NCBI GenBank assembly: GCA_048940645.1
Contig: JBHLOI010000086.1
Span: 1-11,703 of the forward strand
Source: Promethearchaeota archaeon
GTDB taxonomy: Archaea; Asgardarchaeota; Lokiarchaeia; Sigyniarchaeales; SOKP01
DNA length: 11,703 bases
Direction of reading: 5' to 3'
The notes under the pieces are model-generated. The model saw nothing but the letters and a program-made list of their open reading frames with translations. It searched no databases and had not been told where the DNA came from. Shown here in pieces: positions 7,755 through 11,703 of this stretch; within the stretch, counting starts at the first letter, position 1; the number at the start of each line of letters is the position of its first letter. A program made the position numbers and the translations under genes.

Positions 7755-8963
7755 ATGAAAATAGAGCTAAGCGATTTAAATAATGGTTCGGTTTTTATAG
7801 GAGATAAACTTAATGTAAGAACAAAGTTCAAATTTGAAGAAGACACATCAATTTTATGGTCAGGAATTAAATTAATCACACAGCCACCATGTTTAAAGGA
7901 ACTGCAAGTTTCTAAGGAAGAAATCTTTTCAATGGGTCATTTTGAGGCTGGAGAATATATTAGAGAACGAGCATTGCTCATTAAAAATAATGTTGTCCCA
8001 ACAATCAAAAATCGTAATTTGGAATATGAAATTAAACTGATTATAAGGCAACCACATCCCACTAACCCTGCTGATGATATAGTTATTAACAGAACTCAAA
8101 AGGTGGAAATTAAGTCGCGAGATTCAAGCTCTCAAGTAAAACAGCCAAACCCTATCTCATTTTCTATCTCTGGACTTAATGTCCTTCTTAATAAAGATGT
8201 GTTTAAGCCAGGTGAAACTGTTAAAATAAGCTTTACTTCTGAAGTACTTAAACAAATTGAAGTAAGACTCTTACAAAAAGCAAATCTTGTTTGTTATTGT
8301 GATGCTTATGGGCAAACGTGTAGGAAAGTTGAGGAATTACCTCCTGCTATTGCTGGTGATTCTAAAACTACTGATATTGAAAAGGGATTTTTATTACTAA
8401 AAATCCCAGAAATTGCAGAACCCACTCATAATTACATGTGGGAGCCTACTGAAAAGGAATATTGGGGATTTAAATTTGGTGATTATACTAATTGGTCCTT
8501 ATTAGTAATTGGAAAAAAAAAGTCTGAATATGGACGTGAACCAATAACTTTTGAACTTCCAATAACGATTGTTTCAAAACCTATTGGAGAATTTAAGAAA
8601 GAAATTGATTTATTTGCCGAAACTCCTTCAGCGGCACCTTCAATATTCGACGGAATTACATCCAAATTTCAAAAAACTTATAAAATTACTTCAATTGATT
8701 CAGATATAGAGAAGTATAAAGTAAAAATTAAAAACACTTCCAAAGAAAGGCTTCAAGGAGTTACTGTAAAAGTCTCTGGACTTCAAGAAGGACTCTTTGA
8801 GACTGCTCCAAACTTTGCTGGATTTAACAATTGGAAGCCTAATGAAGAAAAAGAAGTAATATTTCAATCAAAACAAGATATATCAGCATTAATTACTTTA
8901 ATAGAAGATAATAGTCAGAAAGTAATTAGAATCCAAACTCCTGTTGCATCTAACTTTTTTTAG
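7755..8963 (+). CDS. Arrestin/Vps26/SpoOM-fold protein with two arrestin-like beta-sandwiches and an extra C-terminal beta-rich domain
   Basis: N-domain pattern VFIGDKLNV...GHFEAGEY...VVPT...LEYEIKLIIRQP. C-domain pattern VLLNKDVFKPGETVKI...KQIEVRLLQK...LKIP...PT...WSLLV...FELPITIVSKP. About 100 further residues have alternating beta-strand character (YKVKIKN, GVTVKVSG, WKPNEEKEVIF). Confidence 0.7.
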   Translation: MKIELSDLNNGSVFIGDKLNVRTKFKFEEDTSILWSGIKLITQPPCLKELQVSKEEIFSMGHFEAGEYIRERALLIKNNVVPTIKNRNLEYEIKLIIRQPHPTNPADDIVINRTQKVEIKSRDSSSQVKQPNPISFSISGLNVLLNKDVFKPGETVKISFTSEVLKQIEVRLLQKANLVCYCDAYGQTCRKVEELPPAIAGDSKTTDIEKGFLLLKIPEIAEPTHNYMWEPTEKEYWGFKFGDYTNWSLLVIGKKKSEYGREPITFELPITIVSKPIGEFKKEIDLFAETPSAAPSIFDGITSKFQKTYKITSIDSDIEKYKVKIKNTSKERLQGVTVKVSGLQEGLFETAPNFAGFNNWKPNEEKEVIFQSKQDISALITLIEDNSQKVIRIQTPVASNFF

Positions 8964-9396
8964 AGATTCTTTTTAGATTAGTTAAAGTACCATTACGTAA
9001 TAAACTTAATACTTCTTCTTCGGTTCTGTTATCATAATCTTTTCCAGATGAGACATCCATACCTCGCTCTTTATTATCTATTACATATTGAATAAATTGA
9101 TCAACTCCATCCTCCTTAATACACCGAGCAAATGCTTTGATTTTTGGATCATGGTCAGTATTATACATATTTCTATCACAAGGAAATTCTTGACATTCCC
9201 AACACCCATTTAAACCCTTTTTTATGCAACAATTATGTTGGAAACAGCCTTCTTCACTTAAATATTTCCCACAACTATTTGTTGTCGATTTACATCCGCT
9301 ACAAGTGTCAGATAAATGGCAGAATTTGCATATCAAACCACAATATGCAATACTTTCAATAAGATCTTTTTGTATATATACTAGTTTTTCTGGCAT
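8950..9396 (-). CDS. DUF3795-like cysteine-rich (probably metal-binding) protein
   Basis: IAYCGLICKFC...CSGC...C...C...CCIKKGLNGCWECQEFPC signature. Overlaps the convergent arrestin-like gene by 14 nt. Confidence 0.85.
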   Translation of the reverse strand: MPEKLVYIQKDLIESIAYCGLICKFCHLSDTCSGCKSTTNSCGKYLSEEGCFQHNCCIKKGLNGCWECQEFPCDRNMYNTDHDPKIKAFARCIKEDGVDQFIQYVIDNKERGMDVSSGKDYDNRTEEEVLSLLRNGTLTNLKRISKKS

Positions 9397-9609
9397 TATT
9401 TCTTATCCTTTAATATATCAGTATTATAAATTCAATAAAAAGAGACTGGAAAATTCTCTCAATTTATGAAATTAAAGTATGATTCTTATTATGAGAAAGA
9501 ATTTAAAATTTTACTTCAATAGTTTAACTGTACGAGTTATTTTAAGTTATAAAGATTTATTAACCAATATTAGTTTATTTATAAATATTTATAGACAAGT
9601 TCAATCTCA

Positions 9610-10422
9610 ATGGCTCCTACAAAAAAAGAAATGAAAAAATTCTATTTTGGAAATCCTATTCAAGGAAAGGTTATCAGAGAAATTCTTGGAACTAGGATTG
9701 AATACTATTTTCTTGAAAATGATCTTTCTCTTAAAACTAAACCAAGGACAGTTTTGATTGGCTGCATTTTATCTGGAGGATTGCTCCTCATCCATAAAAA
9801 GAAGGAGCATAAAATAAATCAATTTGATTTTTTTCTCTTGCCACCAAATAGTGAATGTCAAATTAAAATTAATCCTGAAAACGATAATAAAAATAAATTG
9901 TGTATATTTTATTCTTCTCTTGACCAAGAGGTAGATTCTGTATTTGAGATCCAACATTATGCTCCGGATAAATTTATTCCTCGAGGTGATCATGGCTCTA
10001 ATGAAAAAATGGCAACCTATCGAACCGTTTGGACAGCATTTAAAAATGAGCTATTTATGTCTGGTTTTACCAATATTCCAAGTGAATCTCTTAGAAGTGG
10101 AGTAATAACAAGTGTAAATCTAGAAAAGAATGAAAGCGGAAATATAGAAATTTATTCACATGTACACCCTCAATACCCTGAAGTGTATATAATGTGTATT
10201 GATGATGATAAATATGCAATCACTCAATATTTAATTAATGAAGAAGGATTTTCTGTATGTAGAGACCTTTCTAATGGGGATGGGGTTTTCTTTCCTGGAT
10301 CTCTTGGACACAGTAATTTTGCTAGACCTACTTATAGAAAATTGAATTATGCCATGTATATGTGGATTATACCTACGTTTGGAAGAAAAAGTGGAGTAAA
10401 TCCAGTAACTTTAAAGATATGA
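9610..10422 (+). CDS. KduI/IolB-like bicupin (putative sugar-acid isomerase)
   Basis: Two cupin-like halves (ILSG...FDFFLLPP and SHVHPQYPEVY...GDGVFFPGSLGHSN...YMWI). The H-x-H...E...H metal-ligand arrangement matches KduI/IolB. Confidence 0.7.
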   Translation: MAPTKKEMKKFYFGNPIQGKVIREILGTRIEYYFLENDLSLKTKPRTVLIGCILSGGLLLIHKKKEHKINQFDFFLLPPNSECQIKINPENDNKNKLCIFYSSLDQEVDSVFEIQHYAPDKFIPRGDHGSNEKMATYRTVWTAFKNELFMSGFTNIPSESLRSGVITSVNLEKNESGNIEIYSHVHPQYPEVYIMCIDDDKYAITQYLINEEGFSVCRDLSNGDGVFFPGSLGHSNFARPTYRKLNYAMYMWIIPTFGRKSGVNPVTLKI

Positions 10423-10489
10423 TTAATATTTTGATTAAAAAATTACGTTCTATGATTTGTATTAAAAAAAGAGAGAAAAAGATTAAAAA

Positions 10490-11083
10490 TTATTGAAATA
10501 CTGATACAAGCTGACTTTTATAAACATTTTTAAAGATCAAACTTAAAATTTCCTCGAATGAATCCAAAATTCCTTCTCCGTTAATCGCAATCGTCTTTTT
10601 TACATCTATGTTTGAAAATTTGTAATAATCAATCTTATGTAAAAAAACGTTGCTATTAAATTTGTCAGGAAGATCTTGTTTATTAAATGCAATAACTTTT
10701 GGGAGTGATTCAATGACAGTTCCAAAGTATGAACAAAGTTCTTTCCAAGAAATCTCATTTCGTTCAAATGCCTTTCTTTGAGAATCTATTACGAAGATCA
10801 CACCATCAAGTGCCTGTAGAGTAGCAGGTCTTGTAATTATATAATAATCTTGCCCCGTTGTAGCATATATATGAATTTTAATTGTCCATTCTTGATTTTG
10901 AAAGATTATAGTGCCATAGTCAAAAAAAAGGGTACGACCAACTGTATTTTCAATCGAATTCACCTTATCCTTTTTTCCAAAATGATTGAACAGTGATTTT
11001 AATGATGTTGTTTTTCCTGAAAGTGCTGGTCCATAATAGCAAATCTTTAGTTGTATCGATCTCTCAAGAGAATTTATTATCAT
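10490..11083 (-). CDS. mglA: MglA-like small GTPase (Ras superfamily)
   Basis: G1 KICYYGPALSGKTT; G2 RTLFFDY with the intrinsic Arg; G3 YATTGQ (no Asp, compare TVPGQ in MglA); DGVIFVIDSQ; G4 NKQD; G5 AINGEG. The symbol marks the family and does not imply proven orthology. Confidence 0.9.
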   Translation of the reverse strand: MIINSLERSIQLKICYYGPALSGKTTSLKSLFNHFGKKDKVNSIENTVGRTLFFDYGTIIFQNQEWTIKIHIYATTGQDYYIITRPATLQALDGVIFVIDSQRKAFERNEISWKELCSYFGTVIESLPKVIAFNKQDLPDKFNSNVFLHKIDYYKFSNIDVKKTIAINGEGILDSFEEILSLIFKNVYKSQLVSVFQ

Positions 11084-11101
11084 CGTTTTATGATAATTTG
11101 A

Positions 11102-11108
11102 TTTTATA
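11102..11108 (-). promoter_or_regulatory. Candidate TATA box (TATAAAA) for the GTPase gene
   Basis: Minus-strand TATAAAA 19-25 nt upstream of ATG 11083, roughly consistent with a leaderless or short-leader archaeal transcript. Confidence 0.35.
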
Positions 11109-11173
11109 TTGATTCTGAATTAAGATTTTTAAAATCCAAGGATTTATCTAATAATTTTTTCAGAATTCAATAT
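11106..11173. repeat. Imperfect nested inverted repeat / hairpin
   Basis: Outer arms ATATTGATTCTGAA (11106-11119) and TTCAGAATTCAATAT (11159-11173) are complementary apart from one bulged base. Inner dyad AAATCC-AA-GGATTT (11132-11145) is flanked by AGAT/ATCT. Confidence 0.6.
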
Positions 11174-11212
11174 TCTCAAGAAGAAATTTTAAGTTGTATT
11201 AATAGATGTTAA

Positions 11213-11602
11213 CTAAAAAGTTAGCTTATTTCCTTCAATATTGCATGATACAAGATTCCGTAAAATAAGAATCTCGATTTCTCTTCTTAAAATGGTTTCA
11301 TCAAGAGCAATACTTTCAATTTCTTTCAATCTTTTTTGTAATTCAGTAAAAGTTATCGAGCTTTGTTGTTGAGAAATTTTAGAAATTAAATTCAGGATTT
11401 TTTGCTGATTATTAAGTGAACGTGCATTTGAATCCAATTGATACAATTTATGGGTTAAATTGTAATTAAAATTTGCTTGTTTTTCGATCGCTTTTAAGCT
11501 CTCAATTAAAGCTATAGCTTCAGAATATTTTTCTTGGGACATTAAATCTTGAATATTATTAAGCTCATCAATAAACTCTTTAGGTTCCATTCTTTTACTC
11601 AA
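11213..11602 (-). CDS. Small helical-hairpin + winged-helix protein (PCI-domain-like)
   Basis: N-terminal helix pair (QDLMSQEKYSEAIALIESL). C-terminal SITFTELQKRL...LRREIEILILRNLVSCNIEGNKLTF resembles the PCI winged-helix pattern. Start is TTG 11602 or ATG 11590. Confidence 0.6.
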   Translation of the reverse strand: MSKRMEPKEFIDELNNIQDLMSQEKYSEAIALIESLKAIEKQANFNYNLTHKLYQLDSNARSLNNQQKILNLISKISQQQSSITFTELQKRLKEIESIALDETILRREIEILILRNLVSCNIEGNKLTF

Positions 11603-11613
11603 TAAGGTTCTTA

Positions 11614-11703
11614 TTAATCTATTTGCAATTTATCGAGTTTTTGTAATTTCATTATTTCAGGCATAGTTGCTTTTACTATTAATTTTCCCTGCTGATATGC
11701 CTT
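11614..11703 (-). CDS. 3' end of a probable SCP2 sterol/lipid-binding domain protein (partial)
   Basis: Not in the ORF track. KAYQQGKLIVKATMPEIMKLQKLDKLQID-stop resembles the SCP2 C-terminal motif (A-F/Y-x-x-G-K-L-K-V-x-G...MKL). Only 29 residues are visible. The stop lies 11 nt from the next gene's TTG. Confidence 0.5.
   Translation of the reverse strand, partial: KAYQQGKLIVKATMPEIMKLQKLDKLQID

Noticed and set aside
7362-9993. Short track ORFs 7362-7568, 8483-8665, 9144-9362, 9224-9469 and 9769-9993
   Set aside because: Each lies wholly or mostly antisense to a better-supported CDS.
11106-11173. Hairpin interpreted as a SECIS element
   Set aside because: No flanking gene shows an in-frame TGA at a Cys-like position, and I could not identify a convincing SECIS core.
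1-11703. CRISPR array, tRNA/rRNA, IS element, provirus or defence system
   Set aside because: No regularly spaced repeats, no GC-rich structured RNA segment, and no transposase, integrase, nuclease or viral hallmark motifs seen.

Overview
Very AT-rich archaeal chromosomal window. Gene content (PAN ATPase, profilin-like protein, arrestin-fold protein, MglA-type small GTPase, PCI-like winged-helix protein) points to an Asgard archaeon, probably Lokiarchaeia; this is an inference from protein families. Order: partial profilin-like fusion gene missed by the ORF track (-), 451-aa hypothetical (-), proteasome-activating nucleotidase (+), a 43-aa small ORF (+), two tandem paralogous membrane proteins with C-terminal zinc ribbons (+), GNAT acetyltransferase (+), a 45-aa CxxC micro-ORF (+), HAD hydrolase (-), arrestin/Vps26/SpoOM-fold protein with an extra C-terminal domain (+), DUF3795-like Cys-rich protein (-), KduI/IolB-like bicupin (+), MglA-like GTPase (-), helical + winged-helix protein (-), and the 3' end of a probable SCP2 lipid-binding gene (-). 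I saw no rRNA, tRNA, CRISPR array or transposase. The best leads are the profilin fusion, the three-domain arrestin-like protein, the GTPase without an adjacent MglB next to PCI-like and SCP2-like genes, and a long inverted repeat over the GTPase promoter. All family calls are by-eye motif recognition; no database searches were run.
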